Assembly: GCA_024226315.1 (NCBI GenBank)
Contig: JAAELT010000305.1
Coordinates: forward strand, 18,304 to 82,303
Reading direction: 5' to 3'
Length of the DNA stretch: 64,000 bases
Origin: a bacterium
GTDB taxonomy: Bacteria; Acidobacteriota; Thermoanaerobaculia; Multivoradales; J023
The notes beneath the pieces were generated by a model. The model was not told the DNA's origin and made no database searches. It saw nothing but the letters and a program-made list of their open reading frames with translations. Positions 36,416 to 45,660 of this stretch are shown here, one piece after another; position 1 is the stretch's first letter; every line of letters begins with the position of its first letter. The translations under genes and the position numbers were made by a program.

Positions 36416-37369
36416 ATGCCGGAGACGCAGGATCTCGATCTCGCCGAGCGCAGGGTCCTGGTGACCGGCGCCAGCGGCTTCATCGGCGCCCACCTGTGCC
36501 GCGCGCTGGCCTCGGCCGGCGTCCGCCTCCACGCCACATCCAGGCACTCTCGGCCGGGGTCCGAGGCCCTCACCTGGCACCGGATCGACCTCGGCGACGC
36601 CGGCGAGGTCGACAAGCTGGTCGGCGCCGTGCGGCCGGAGATCGTGTTTCACCTGGCGAGCTACGTGGCCGGCGCCCGCTCCGTGGAGCTGGTGCCGCTC
36701 ACCTTCCACGCCAACCTGGCCTCGACCGTCCATCTGCTGACCGCGCTCACTCAGCAGGGCGGCCTGCGCCGCTTCGTGCAAGTGGGCTCGCTCGAGGAGC
36801 CCGAGCCGGGCGAGCCCCTGGCGGTACCGTCCTCACCCTACGCCGCCGCCAAGATGTCGGCCAGCGGCTACGCCCGCATGTTCCACGCTCTGTACGACAC
36901 CCCGGTGGTGCTGGCGCGCCTGTTCATGGTCTACGGACCGGCCCAGAACGATCTGAAGAAGCTCATCCCGTACCTGATCCTCTCGCTGCTCGAAGGCCGG
37001 CCGCCGAAGCTCTCGAGCGGCACTCGCGAGGTGGATTGGATCTATGTCGACGACGTCGTCGACGGCCTGATGCGTGCCGCCGCACGCAACAGCTTGGGCG
37101 GCCGGCGCGTCGACCTGGGATCGGGGCGCCTGGTGACCATTCGGGGTGTGGTGGAAGAGCTCTACCGGCAGCTGGCGCCGGGCGAGGCGGCGCCTTTCGG
37201 CAGCCTCGAGGACCGGCCGATGGAACAGGTACGCCGCGCCCGCATGGCCGACACCGAGGCGCTGCTCGGCTGGCGGCCGGGGACGTCGCTCGAAGACGGC
37301 CTGCGCGCCACGATCGCCTGGTACCGCCAGGAGCTCGAAGCCGGACGACTGGACACCGGTGGCGGATGA
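36416..37369 (+). CDS. NAD-dependent epimerase/dehydratase (SDR family) sugar-nucleotide enzyme
   Basis: VLVTGASGFIGAHLCRAL; YAAAK catalytic motif. Confidence 0.85.
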   Translation: MPETQDLDLAERRVLVTGASGFIGAHLCRALASAGVRLHATSRHSRPGSEALTWHRIDLGDAGEVDKLVGAVRPEIVFHLASYVAGARSVELVPLTFHANLASTVHLLTALTQQGGLRRFVQVGSLEEPEPGEPLAVPSSPYAAAKMSASGYARMFHALYDTPVVLARLFMVYGPAQNDLKKLIPYLILSLLEGRPPKLSSGTREVDWIYVDDVVDGLMRAAARNSLGGRRVDLGSGRLVTIRGVVEELYRQLAPGEAAPFGSLEDRPMEQVRRARMADTEALLGWRPGTSLEDGLRATIAWYRQELEAGRLDTGGG

Positions 37370-37893
37370 TGTTCGCGAACCTGCGCCAGGACGTCGCCCG
37401 CCTGCGGGAATCGAAGTCGAAGCCGTTCCCGTGGTTCGTCATCGAGTCGCTGGCGTTCGAGAACGGTTTCCAGGCGGTGGTGCTCTACCGCGTGGCCCAC
37501 TGGTTCAAGAGCCACAAGATCCCGATCCTGGGGCCGCTTTTCGGCCGCCTGTCGCTGTTTCTCACCGGCGTCGACATCGCGCCCGCGGCCGAGATCGGGC
37601 CGGGTCTGCGGATCTCCCACGGCACCGGCATCGTGATCGGCCATTGCGCCCGCCTGGGCTCGCACGTCACCCTGCTGCACAAGGTCACCATCGGCGGCAC
37701 CTCGGCCAAACGACCGCACGAGATGCCGCGGATCGGCGACCACGTGTTCCTTGGTGCCGGGGCGTCGATCCTCGGCGAGATCGAGATCGGCGACCACGTC
37801 TTCGTCGGCACCGGCGCGCTCGTCATGCAGGACGTGCCGGCCCACTCGAAGGTGGTCTCGACCACCGGAATCGAGATCAAGACGGCCGACTGA
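37366..37893 (+). CDS. Hexapeptide-repeat O-acetyltransferase (serine acetyltransferase-like)
   Basis: ATGA overlap with the upstream stop. WFVIESLAFENGFQAVVLYRVAHWF plus left-handed beta-helix repeats. The track ORF 36496..37893 uses a wrong upstream start in the same frame. Confidence 0.75.
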   Translation: MMFANLRQDVARLRESKSKPFPWFVIESLAFENGFQAVVLYRVAHWFKSHKIPILGPLFGRLSLFLTGVDIAPAAEIGPGLRISHGTGIVIGHCARLGSHVTLLHKVTIGGTSAKRPHEMPRIGDHVFLGAGASILGEIEIGDHVFVGTGALVMQDVPAHSKVVSTTGIEIKTAD

Positions 37894-39019
37894 CCAGATC
37901 CCGCCCCGCGGCCCGAACCAGCAGATCCTGCCACTGGGGCATCACCCGCGGCAGGTCGTAGAGGCGCCGCGCGCGCTCCCTGGCCGCTTCGCCCATCGTG
38001 GCACAGCGATCCCGATCTTCCAGGATCTCGACGATGGCGCCTGCGACGGCTTCCGCGTCTCCCATCTCGACCAGCCGGCCGGTGACGCCATCCTCGACGA
38101 TCTCGTCGGGCCCGAAGGGGCAGCGGGTGGCGACCGCCGGCGCCCCGAGCCCCTGGGCCTCGATCAAAGCGTTCGGCAGACCCTCGAAGTCACTGGTCGA
38201 GACGAAGAGGTCCGCCTGGCGCAGGAGCGCGAACGGGTTGTCCTGGAAACCCAGGATCTCGACCGCCTCGCCCAGGCCAAGCTCGGCGATCTGTGCCTCG
38301 ACCGCGCCACGCAGTGGGCCGTCACCACAGATCCACAGCCGCACGTCCATGCGCCGGCGGACCAGGTTTAGGGCCTGGAGAAGGACGTCTGGCCGCTTCT
38401 GCGGTTTGAGGCGGCCGATGAAGAGCAGCGTCGGCACCCCGTCCTCTGACCGGCGCGCCGGCGGTTCGTCCGCCAGCTGGTCGATGGCCGAGAAATCCGT
38501 CGGGTTGGGGATCGAGGTGCAGCGTCCGGCGGTGCCCGGATAGAAGCTCTCGAAGGCGTCTTGCATGCGCCGGGAGTTGGTCACGCACTTGCGCGCCAGG
38601 GGATAGACCGCCCGCGACCACCACTGCTGCGTGCGCGGCTCGCCGACCCCCGGCGCCATGCCGATGCGCGCCACCCACGGCGGCCGGTCGCGCAGCAGCG
38701 CCACCGCCCCGCCGGTGAGGCAATTCGTCGCCACCACGTTCGACAGCACCACGTCGGGTCGCTCGGTCGTCATCAGCTTCTTGAGGCGCAGCAGCGTCCT
38801 CGGCAAGTCGCGGATCCCGCGGTACCCGAGAGTCGACACCGGCACGTCGGCGGGCAAGGGATAGGTCGACTTGTCGGTGACCAGACAGATCTGTGGCGCG
38901 AACCGGTCACGGTCGAGGCCGCCGAGCAGGTTCGAGGCGAAGCGCTCGGCGCCACCCACGGACAGCGAGTGGGTGACCACCAGGAGGCGGACGGGATCGG
39001 TCGCCGATCCGGCCCCCAC
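37877..39019 (-). CDS. Family 4 glycosyltransferase
   Basis: EGLPNALIEAQGLGAPAVAT (the GT4 EX7E region). Confidence 0.85.
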   Translation of the reverse strand: MGAGSATDPVRLLVVTHSLSVGGAERFASNLLGGLDRDRFAPQICLVTDKSTYPLPADVPVSTLGYRGIRDLPRTLLRLKKLMTTERPDVVLSNVVATNCLTGGAVALLRDRPPWVARIGMAPGVGEPRTQQWWSRAVYPLARKCVTNSRRMQDAFESFYPGTAGRCTSIPNPTDFSAIDQLADEPPARRSEDGVPTLLFIGRLKPQKRPDVLLQALNLVRRRMDVRLWICGDGPLRGAVEAQIAELGLGEAVEILGFQDNPFALLRQADLFVSTSDFEGLPNALIEAQGLGAPAVATRCPFGPDEIVEDGVTGRLVEMGDAEAVAGAIVEILEDRDRCATMGEAARERARRLYDLPRVMPQWQDLLVRAAGRDLVSRPS

Positions 39020-40326
39020 TAAGCCGGCTCCAGCAATCCCGCCTCGCGCAGCGCTTGCGCTGCCTCCAGGATCTCTCCATAGCTCATCGCCGAGCGCTCG
39101 GCGATGTCGAGCAACGAGTGCTCGCCGTCGCTCTGGTTGAGCACCCAGAGCAGCGCCAGCTGCTTGCGCTGACCGGCGGCGCCGCCGATCGAGGGATAGA
39201 GCCCCCGCTTGCCGAGCTGCGGCTCACAGTGCGGCTGGAGGTTGCGGTAGCGCCGGTTCGACTCCAGCACGCGGACGACCCCGAGGTAGCGCTCCAGAGA
39301 CGTCGCCAGGTGCTCGGGGCGCACCAGGTCGAGGTCGTCGGCCGAGGTGTGGTACTGCGGGTAACGGCCCCAGGGCGTCCGGGTCAACGAGCCGACCGCC
39401 AGGTCGAAGCCCGGGGAACAGTACTGGCGCTCGTCGTAGCCGAACGGCAGGAAGTCCTCGATCTCGTGCGGCTCGCCCGAGTCCGCCAGCACCCGCGCCA
39501 CGGCGCGATCGATCTCCGCGTCGCCGCGACGGCTGCGCTTGTAGTGGAAAGCGCCCGCGTCCCCGAGGTTGGCGGCCACCAGACCGTGGCGCACCTGCCG
39601 CGCCTGCTCGCCGTTGCCGGCCAGCCAGGTGATCGAGCCGATAGTGCCCGGGATGAACAGGAAGCGGTAGGAGTACCGCCTCTTCGCCTCGGCGAGCAAC
39701 TTGGCCAGGAAGGTGCAGACCGCGATTCCCGACAGGTTGTCGTTGGCCAGCGAGGGGTGACAGACGTGGGCCGAGAGCAGCACTGTCTGCTCGCTTTCGC
39801 CAGGCAGAAACAGCTCGCCCCAGGTCAAGTGGCCGGGCTCGAGGGTGGAGTCGATTTTCACCTCGTACTCGCCCTCTTCCAGGCCCTCGAGCACCCTGTG
39901 CTCGAGGCAGAAACCCCAGCGCTCCTGGTAGTAGGAGGTGCGGTACGGGACCAGGTCCGGCTGCTCCGGCAAGGTGAAGAGGTGCTCGCGCAGCTCGGCC
40001 AGCGGCATCTTGCGGTGCACGGGGACGCTGTAGCTCAGCACGTGGAGCGAATGCCGGCTGAAGTCGATCACCCGCTCACCCCGGGGATTCTTCACCCACG
40101 CGGCGCGGATGTTCCACTCGGCCGGGACCGTCCAGTCGAAAACCTCCGTGCCGCTGGCAACCTCGCGCACCTCCAGGTCGACGTGCCGGCGCAGGAGGTC
40201 CAGGGTCCGGCGCACGCCGTCGCCGGTGATCGAGCGGCAGATCGGATACGCCTCACGCGCCAGCGCGTGCATCTCGCCACCGAGGCGATCGAAGTCGAGC
40301 CCGTTCGGGTCCCGGAGGACGTCCAT
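39019..40326 (-). CDS. DUF4910/aminopeptidase-like domain protein often found in O-antigen clusters
   Basis: 435 aa, C-terminal winged-helix-like region, translationally coupled to GT4. Family assignment from memory, unverified. Confidence 0.5.
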   Translation of the reverse strand: MDVLRDPNGLDFDRLGGEMHALAREAYPICRSITGDGVRRTLDLLRRHVDLEVREVASGTEVFDWTVPAEWNIRAAWVKNPRGERVIDFSRHSLHVLSYSVPVHRKMPLAELREHLFTLPEQPDLVPYRTSYYQERWGFCLEHRVLEGLEEGEYEVKIDSTLEPGHLTWGELFLPGESEQTVLLSAHVCHPSLANDNLSGIAVCTFLAKLLAEAKRRYSYRFLFIPGTIGSITWLAGNGEQARQVRHGLVAANLGDAGAFHYKRSRRGDAEIDRAVARVLADSGEPHEIEDFLPFGYDERQYCSPGFDLAVGSLTRTPWGRYPQYHTSADDLDLVRPEHLATSLERYLGVVRVLESNRRYRNLQPHCEPQLGKRGLYPSIGGAAGQRKQLALLWVLNQSDGEHSLLDIAERSAMSYGEILEAAQALREAGLLEPA

Positions 40327-40333
40327 CAGCTCG

Positions 40334-40864
40334 TCAGGCGCCGAAGTCCGGAAATTCCAGGTCGCGCTCGGAGATCACGCTGATCTCGCGCGGCCAGGTG
40401 ATCTCGAAGGCGGCGTCGTTCCAGCGCACGCCGCGCCCCGCCGATGGGTCGTAGAACTCGGACATCTGGTAGAAGACCTCGGTGTTGTCGGCCAGGGTCT
40501 GGAAGCCGTGAGCGACACCGGCGGGAACATAGAGCGCCGCCTGGTTCTCGGCGTCGAGGCGGACCGCGAGGTGGCGTTTGAAGCTCGGTGAGTCCGGGCG
40601 CAGATCGACGATGACGTCATGGATGGCGCCGCGGGTGCAGCGCACCAGCTTGACCTCCTCGGCCGGCGGCGCCTGGTAGTGCATGCCACGCACGGTGCCG
40701 CGCAGATGGTTGAACGAGATGTTGCACTGCGCAATGTCCGGCTCGAGTCCCCGCTGCTCGAGCTCGCGGCGGCAGAACGTGCGGGCGAAGAATCCTCGCT
40801 CGTCCTCGTGCCGCTCCGGCTCGAGCAGGTAGGCTCCCGCAATCTCCAACTCGCGGAAGAGCAT
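40334..40864 (-). CDS. rfbC: dTDP/CDP-4-dehydro-6-deoxyhexose 3,5-epimerase (RmlC-like cupin)
   Basis: GTVRGMHYQ...KLVRCTRGAIHDVIVDLR...LYVPAGVAHGFQTL. Confidence 0.85.
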   Translation of the reverse strand: MLFRELEIAGAYLLEPERHEDERGFFARTFCRRELEQRGLEPDIAQCNISFNHLRGTVRGMHYQAPPAEEVKLVRCTRGAIHDVIVDLRPDSPSFKRHLAVRLDAENQAALYVPAGVAHGFQTLADNTEVFYQMSEFYDPSAGRGVRWNDAAFEITWPREISVISERDLEFPDFGA

Positions 40865-40873
40865 CGATTTCCG

Positions 40874-41926
40874 CTAATCCGGATCGGGCAGATCGGAGTC
40901 GAAGAATGCCGCGGTGTCGCCGACGCTGGCAAACGTCTCGAGCGGGTTGAAGTACTCCTTGCACTCGCCGGACTCGGTGTCCTTGACCGCCAGCGTGAAT
41001 TCGACGTTCGACAGCGCCCCGTAGAAGACCCAGAAGTGGCCGTTGTTGGTCCTACCGTCGAGTACTTTGATCGCCAGCTCGATGTTCTGCGGATCGAACC
41101 AGTAGAAGGCGCCGGTGTCGTCGGTCTGGGGCACGGCGATCCCCACGCCCGTCTGTTCGAAGAAATTCTTCCAGGCGGCTTCGAGCCGGAAGCGGCCCTG
41201 GTTCAGGCACAGGGCGGTGCTGCTCGGGACGCACGGGCCGTCCGGCAGCTGGCCGCACAGATTCTCACGCGTCAAGGCGTCGATCGCCGGCGCGAGGAAC
41301 GCGGCGGCCATGATGCCGTAGCCGGTGGAATTGGGATGCAACTGATCGAAGTAGTAGAGGTCGAAGAAGTTCGGCCGGTCCCAGAATTCGTGAAATTGAT
41401 CGGCGAAGGCCCAGCCGTTCTCCTGCGCGTCCTCGAGCAGCCTGTCCGCGATGGTGTACGTCTTGCCGTTGGACGAGTCACGCGGGGAATCCGGACCGCG
41501 CGGGATGATCGACGCCAGCAGCGGCTCGACGCCGGCGCCCTCCGCTTTCGCCATCATCTCGTTCAAGTTGAACAGCGTCGTCTCGAAGGCCACGGCCTCG
41601 GAGACGTCGTTGGTCCCTTCCATGATGATGATCACGTCGCCGCCCACGGCCAGGACGTTGTCGATCCGGGAGATTCCGACATCCGTTCTCTCGCCGCACT
41701 CGCCGAAGTTGAGGAACGTGGTGTCGATGCCGGCCGATGCCAGTTGCGAGCGCAACCGCGACGGATAGCCGGCCGTGGAGGTGTGGTCCGGACACACCAC
41801 GTTGCCTTCGCCATAGCCCACCGTGATGCTGTCACCGAAGACCAGAACGCGCTTGTCCGCGGCGTCGGCCGGCAGGCTCGAGACGCACAGCAGCAACAAT
41901 AGCAGCGGGATGGATCTCGGGTTCAT
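40874..41926 (-). CDS. Secreted SGNH/GDSL hydrolase with extra C-terminal domain
   Basis: Signal peptide MNPRSIPLLLLLLCVSSLPADA; blocks VLVFGDSITVGYG, GTNDV, DQLHPN. Confidence 0.75.
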   Translation of the reverse strand: MNPRSIPLLLLLLCVSSLPADAADKRVLVFGDSITVGYGEGNVVCPDHTSTAGYPSRLRSQLASAGIDTTFLNFGECGERTDVGISRIDNVLAVGGDVIIIMEGTNDVSEAVAFETTLFNLNEMMAKAEGAGVEPLLASIIPRGPDSPRDSSNGKTYTIADRLLEDAQENGWAFADQFHEFWDRPNFFDLYYFDQLHPNSTGYGIMAAAFLAPAIDALTRENLCGQLPDGPCVPSSTALCLNQGRFRLEAAWKNFFEQTGVGIAVPQTDDTGAFYWFDPQNIELAIKVLDGRTNNGHFWVFYGALSNVEFTLAVKDTESGECKEYFNPLETFASVGDTAAFFDSDLPDPD

Positions 41927-42065
41927 GGTGGTGTCGGGCAATGGAATCGTGGACCGAGGATCGGACCGGGACGAGTGGGGTCCGGTGCGCGGCGACCTGA
42001 GGCGACATATTTTATCGCACCAGGACATAAGTTGTCGAGGCCGATCCAGCCTCGACCACCGAGCG

Positions 42066-42218
42066 CTAAAACAGCGTGTAGATGAACGGCGCGACCGCCG
42101 AGCCCTGGGTCAGGACCAGCAACATGCCCAAGAGCAGCAGCATGAGCACGATCGGCCCGAGCCACCATTTCTTGCGGACTTTGAGGAATTCCCAGAACTG
42201 CTGCAGGAAGATCTTCAT
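42066..42218 (-). CDS. Small membrane protein, DUF5989/SxtK-like (50 aa); not in the ORF track (<60 aa)
   Basis: Reverse translation: MKIFLQQFWEFLKVRKKWWLGPIVLMLLLLGMLLVLTQGSAVAPFIYTLF. AGGAG SD 8 nt upstream; directly downstream of the 42229..42669 gene. Confidence 0.6.
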   Translation of the reverse strand: MKIFLQQFWEFLKVRKKWWLGPIVLMLLLLGMLLVLTQGSAVAPFIYTLF

Positions 42219-42228
42219 CTGTGGACTC

Positions 42229-42669
42229 CTAGAAAAACTTCTCGTACCGCGAACGGTCCTTGATCGGGTACTCCTTCTCGATCCAGTAGCTCGGTGCGTC
42301 GCGGTCGAGCTTGCGGTGCAGGGCGTCGCGCCCGATCAGGCGGAAAACGAGTCCGACCGGCGTCAGGACCAGGAAGAAAAAGATCGTCAAGAGCACCCGC
42401 GTCATCACGAAGCCGAGCGCCACCGCCATGGTCATCCAGGCATAGTAGATCGGCTTGACGACGATCGGCAGCAGGGTGCCGACCACCGCCAGCACGACGC
42501 CGATCTGCCACAGGAGAGGCAGATCGCGAACCTTGGCGCCGAACACCCAGGGAAAGACGTAGGCCAGAACCGCCCACAACAGGACGAAGGCGATACCCAC
42601 CGTCCAGCTGAACTTGCGCAGGTCCGAAGGATCTGCAGGCAGCTCTTTGACTTCCGCGATGATCGACAT
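42229..42669 (-). CDS. SxtJ-like small polytopic membrane protein, partner of the carbamoyltransferase
   Basis: 146 aa with 3-4 TM helices; lies between the carbamoyltransferase and DUF5989 genes. Confidence 0.55.
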   Translation of the reverse strand: MSIIAEVKELPADPSDLRKFSWTVGIAFVLLWAVLAYVFPWVFGAKVRDLPLLWQIGVVLAVVGTLLPIVVKPIYYAWMTMAVALGFVMTRVLLTIFFFLVLTPVGLVFRLIGRDALHRKLDRDAPSYWIEKEYPIKDRSRYEKFF

Positions 42670-42684
42670 CGATTCGAATCCCGC

Positions 42685-44502
42685 TCAGTCGAGCTCGAAC
42701 TCGTCGCGCCAGTCGCCCTGTTCGGCCCAGTCCGGTTGATCCGGCTTGGCCAGCAAGTAGGGGCCGGCGATGAGGAAGTCCATGTCGGTGCGCATGAAGC
42801 AGGTGTAGGCGTGCTCCGGCGTGCAGACGATCGGCTCGCCGCGCACATTGAACGAGGTGTTGATGATCACCGGACAGCCGGTGAGGTCGTGGAAGGCACG
42901 GATGGTGTCGTAGTACAACTGGTTGTCCTCGGGGTGGACGGTCTGCACCCGGGCCGAGTAGTCGACGTGGGTGATGGCCGGGATCGAGGAACGCTTGACG
43001 TTGAGCTTGTCGATACCGAAGAGATCGCTCTGCTCGTCGCTCATCGCCTGGCGGTGCTCTTCGCGCACCGGCGCCACCAGCAGCATGTAGGGACTCTCGC
43101 GGTCGAGCTCGAAGTAGCTCGAGACCTCGTCGTAGAGCACCGACGGCGCGAACGGCCGGAAGGACTCCCGGTACTTGATCTTGAGGTTCATGATCGACTG
43201 CATCTTCTCAGAGCGCGCGTCGCCGATGATGCTGCGACTGCCGAGGGCTCGGGGGCCGAACTCCATGCGGCCCTGGAACCAGCCGATCACCTTTTCATCA
43301 GCGATCAACCTCGCCACGCGGCCGGGGATCTCCTCCTCGTCGAGGCGCTCGTACCTGGCGCCGAAGACGTCCAGTCGACGGCGGATCTCTTCCGGGCTGA
43401 ACTCGGGACCGAAATAGGAGCCGCGCTGGTTGCCCCGGGGCCCGACACTGCGCTCGTTCTCCAGGTACTGATACCAGGCCACGAGCGCCGCGCCCAGGGC
43501 GCCGCCGGCGTCGCCGGCGGCGGGCTGGATCCAGATGTCCTCGTACTTGCTCTCGCGCAGGATGCGGCCGTTGCCGACGCAGTTCAGAGCCACGCCACCC
43601 GCCAGGCAGAGGTGCTTCTGTCCGGTCTCGCGGCGCACGTGCTCGGCCATGCGCAGCATCACCTCTTCGCACACCACCTGCACCGAGCGCGCCAGATCCA
43701 TCTCGCGCTGACTGAGCTCCGACTCGGGCTGGCGCGGCGGTCCGCCGAACAGCCGGTGGAACTTCTCCGACGTCATGCGCAGGCCCGAGCAATAGTCGAA
43801 GTACTGCTGATCGAGGCGAAACGAGCCGTCTTCCTTGAGGTCGATCACGTGCTCGAGGATCGTCTGCGCGTACTTCGGCTCGCCGTAGGGTGCCAGCCCC
43901 ATCACCTTGTACTCTCCCGAGTTGACCCGGAAGCCGGTGTAGTAGGTGAAGGCGGAATAGAGCAGCCCCAGGGAGTGCGGGAAGTGAATCTCCTTGAGGA
44001 TCTCGATCCGGTTGCCCTCGCCGACGCCGAAGCTGGTGGTCGCCCACTCGCCGACGCCGTCGATGGTGAGAAACGCCGCCGACTCATAGGGCGACGGGTA
44101 GAAGGCCGAGGCGGCGTGCGACTCGTGGTGCTCCGACAGCAGCAGCTTGCCCTCGAAGCCGTCGAGCGATTTCCTGATCAGGTCCGGGATGAAGAGCTTC
44201 TTCTTCAGCCACAGCGGCAGGGCCTTGATGAACGAAGGCAGGCCGAGGGGGGCCGAAGCGATGTAGGTCTCGAGGATACGCTCGAATTTGAGAAACGGCT
44301 TGTCGTAGAAGGCCGCGATATCGAGCTCGGCGGCGGTGATGCCTGCCGTCTCCAGGCAGTAGCGAATCGCTCTCTTCGGGAACTCAGAATCGTGCTTGAT
44401 GCGCGAGTATCGCTCCTCAGACGCCGCGGCCACCACCTCGCCGTCAACCACCAGGCAGGCGGCGGCGTCATGGTAGTAGCACGAGATGCCGAGGATCTTC
44501 AT
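42685..44502 (-). CDS. Carbamoyltransferase (NodU/CmcH family)
   Basis: MKILGISCYYHDAAACLVVDGEVVAAASEERYSRIKHD is canonical. Confidence 0.9.
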   Translation of the reverse strand: MKILGISCYYHDAAACLVVDGEVVAAASEERYSRIKHDSEFPKRAIRYCLETAGITAAELDIAAFYDKPFLKFERILETYIASAPLGLPSFIKALPLWLKKKLFIPDLIRKSLDGFEGKLLLSEHHESHAASAFYPSPYESAAFLTIDGVGEWATTSFGVGEGNRIEILKEIHFPHSLGLLYSAFTYYTGFRVNSGEYKVMGLAPYGEPKYAQTILEHVIDLKEDGSFRLDQQYFDYCSGLRMTSEKFHRLFGGPPRQPESELSQREMDLARSVQVVCEEVMLRMAEHVRRETGQKHLCLAGGVALNCVGNGRILRESKYEDIWIQPAAGDAGGALGAALVAWYQYLENERSVGPRGNQRGSYFGPEFSPEEIRRRLDVFGARYERLDEEEIPGRVARLIADEKVIGWFQGRMEFGPRALGSRSIIGDARSEKMQSIMNLKIKYRESFRPFAPSVLYDEVSSYFELDRESPYMLLVAPVREEHRQAMSDEQSDLFGIDKLNVKRSSIPAITHVDYSARVQTVHPEDNQLYYDTIRAFHDLTGCPVIINTSFNVRGEPIVCTPEHAYTCFMRTDMDFLIAGPYLLAKPDQPDWAEQGDWRDEFELD

Positions 44503-44656
44503 CGACGGGTCCTGACGGAGCGATTCGGAGGAGTGGGGAGATTCGGGAGGCGGGAGCCCGGCCGAAAGGCGTTTCTACCACAATCGGCGCCACTCCGTCA
44601 CGACAATCCAATGCGTGCCTTCGTCACGACAATCGATGCGTGCCTCCGTCACGACG

Positions 44657-45556
44657 TCACGAGGTCTTGCGAGCTTCCAGCTCCTCCAGCGTCTTTGGCC
44701 AGTCCTGTTTCATCAGGCGGGAGAGAGCGCGGTCGGCCAGCAAGCGGCCGGCGGTCTGGCATCGCGGGCAGTAGTTGGCCTCGTTCTCGGCGTAGAGCAC
44801 GCGCTGGACCGGCGTCGAGCACACCGGGCACGGCTCGCGGTAGCGTCCGTGCACCGCCATGCCCTGGCGAAAGGCGGTGACCTTGTCGGGGAAGCCCTCC
44901 CCCACCTCCTCGCGCGTGCGCTCGGTCCATTCGACGAGTACCTCGCGGGTCGCTTCGAACAGGCGTGGCCACTCCCCCTCGGCGAGCTGGGCGGTGCGCT
45001 TGAACGGCGACATGGCGGCGCGATGCAGGATCTCGTCGGAGTAGGCGTTGCCGATACCCGACAGCAGCCGCGGATCGGTCAGCGCCCGTTTGAGGGTGTG
45101 GTTCTCGGCGGTCAAGGCGGAGTGAAAGGCCTGGAGATCATTGTCCAGCACCTCCAGCCCGCCCGGGTCGTGCTCGGCGACCGCCGCTTCGCCCCGCACG
45201 AGGTAGAGCGAAGCGCGCTTCTTCGAGCTGGCCTCGGTGAGCAGCAACGTGCCGTCTGGGAAGTCGAAGGCGGCCAAACCGTTCCTCCTCGGCACCTTGG
45301 CCCCCTTCGGCCGCCAGCGCAGGCGCCCGGCGATCATCAAGTGGAGCACCAGGAAGAGATCCTCCTCGACCGCCAGCACCAGGCGCTTGCCCAGACGCCT
45401 CACTCCGACGAGCCGCTTGCCCTCGACCGCCGAGAGCGGCGGATCGTAGGACCGCAGCAGGAAAGGGCTCGTCAGCCGGACGCGCTCGATCTCCCGGTCG
45501 AGCGCGAACCGCTCCAGGGCCTCGACGTAGACGACGATGTCCGGCAACTCGGGCAT
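44657..45556 (-). CDS. Fpg/Nei-family DNA glycosylase (formamidopyrimidine/endonuclease VIII-like)
   Basis: MPELPDIVVYVEAL N-terminus (catalytic Pro2, Glu3); zinc finger CPVCSTPVQRVLYAENEANYCPRCQ. Confidence 0.85.
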   Translation of the reverse strand: MPELPDIVVYVEALERFALDREIERVRLTSPFLLRSYDPPLSAVEGKRLVGVRRLGKRLVLAVEEDLFLVLHLMIAGRLRWRPKGAKVPRRNGLAAFDFPDGTLLLTEASSKKRASLYLVRGEAAVAEHDPGGLEVLDNDLQAFHSALTAENHTLKRALTDPRLLSGIGNAYSDEILHRAAMSPFKRTAQLAEGEWPRLFEATREVLVEWTERTREEVGEGFPDKVTAFRQGMAVHGRYREPCPVCSTPVQRVLYAENEANYCPRCQTAGRLLADRALSRLMKQDWPKTLEELEARKTS

Positions 45557-45660
45557 GAGGGGGCACCGAGCTTACCAGCAGCCAGGTGGGGTTCAGGCTC
45601 GTGAGGTCGGCTGGGCGCTGAGGTTCCGAAACAACGACCAGCCTCGCTGCTACGACCGGC

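Noticed and set aside
36496-37365. N-terminal 290 codons of track ORF 36496..37893
   Set aside because: They overlap the epimerase gene out of frame with Arg/Pro-rich composition. The real acetyltransferase starts at ATG 37366 (ATGA overlap).
42082-44880. 932-aa + ORF
   Set aside because: Antisense shadow of the carbamoyltransferase (42685..44502-) and neighbouring genes. Arg/Gly/Val/Ala-rich composition typical of reverse-frame translation in high-GC DNA.
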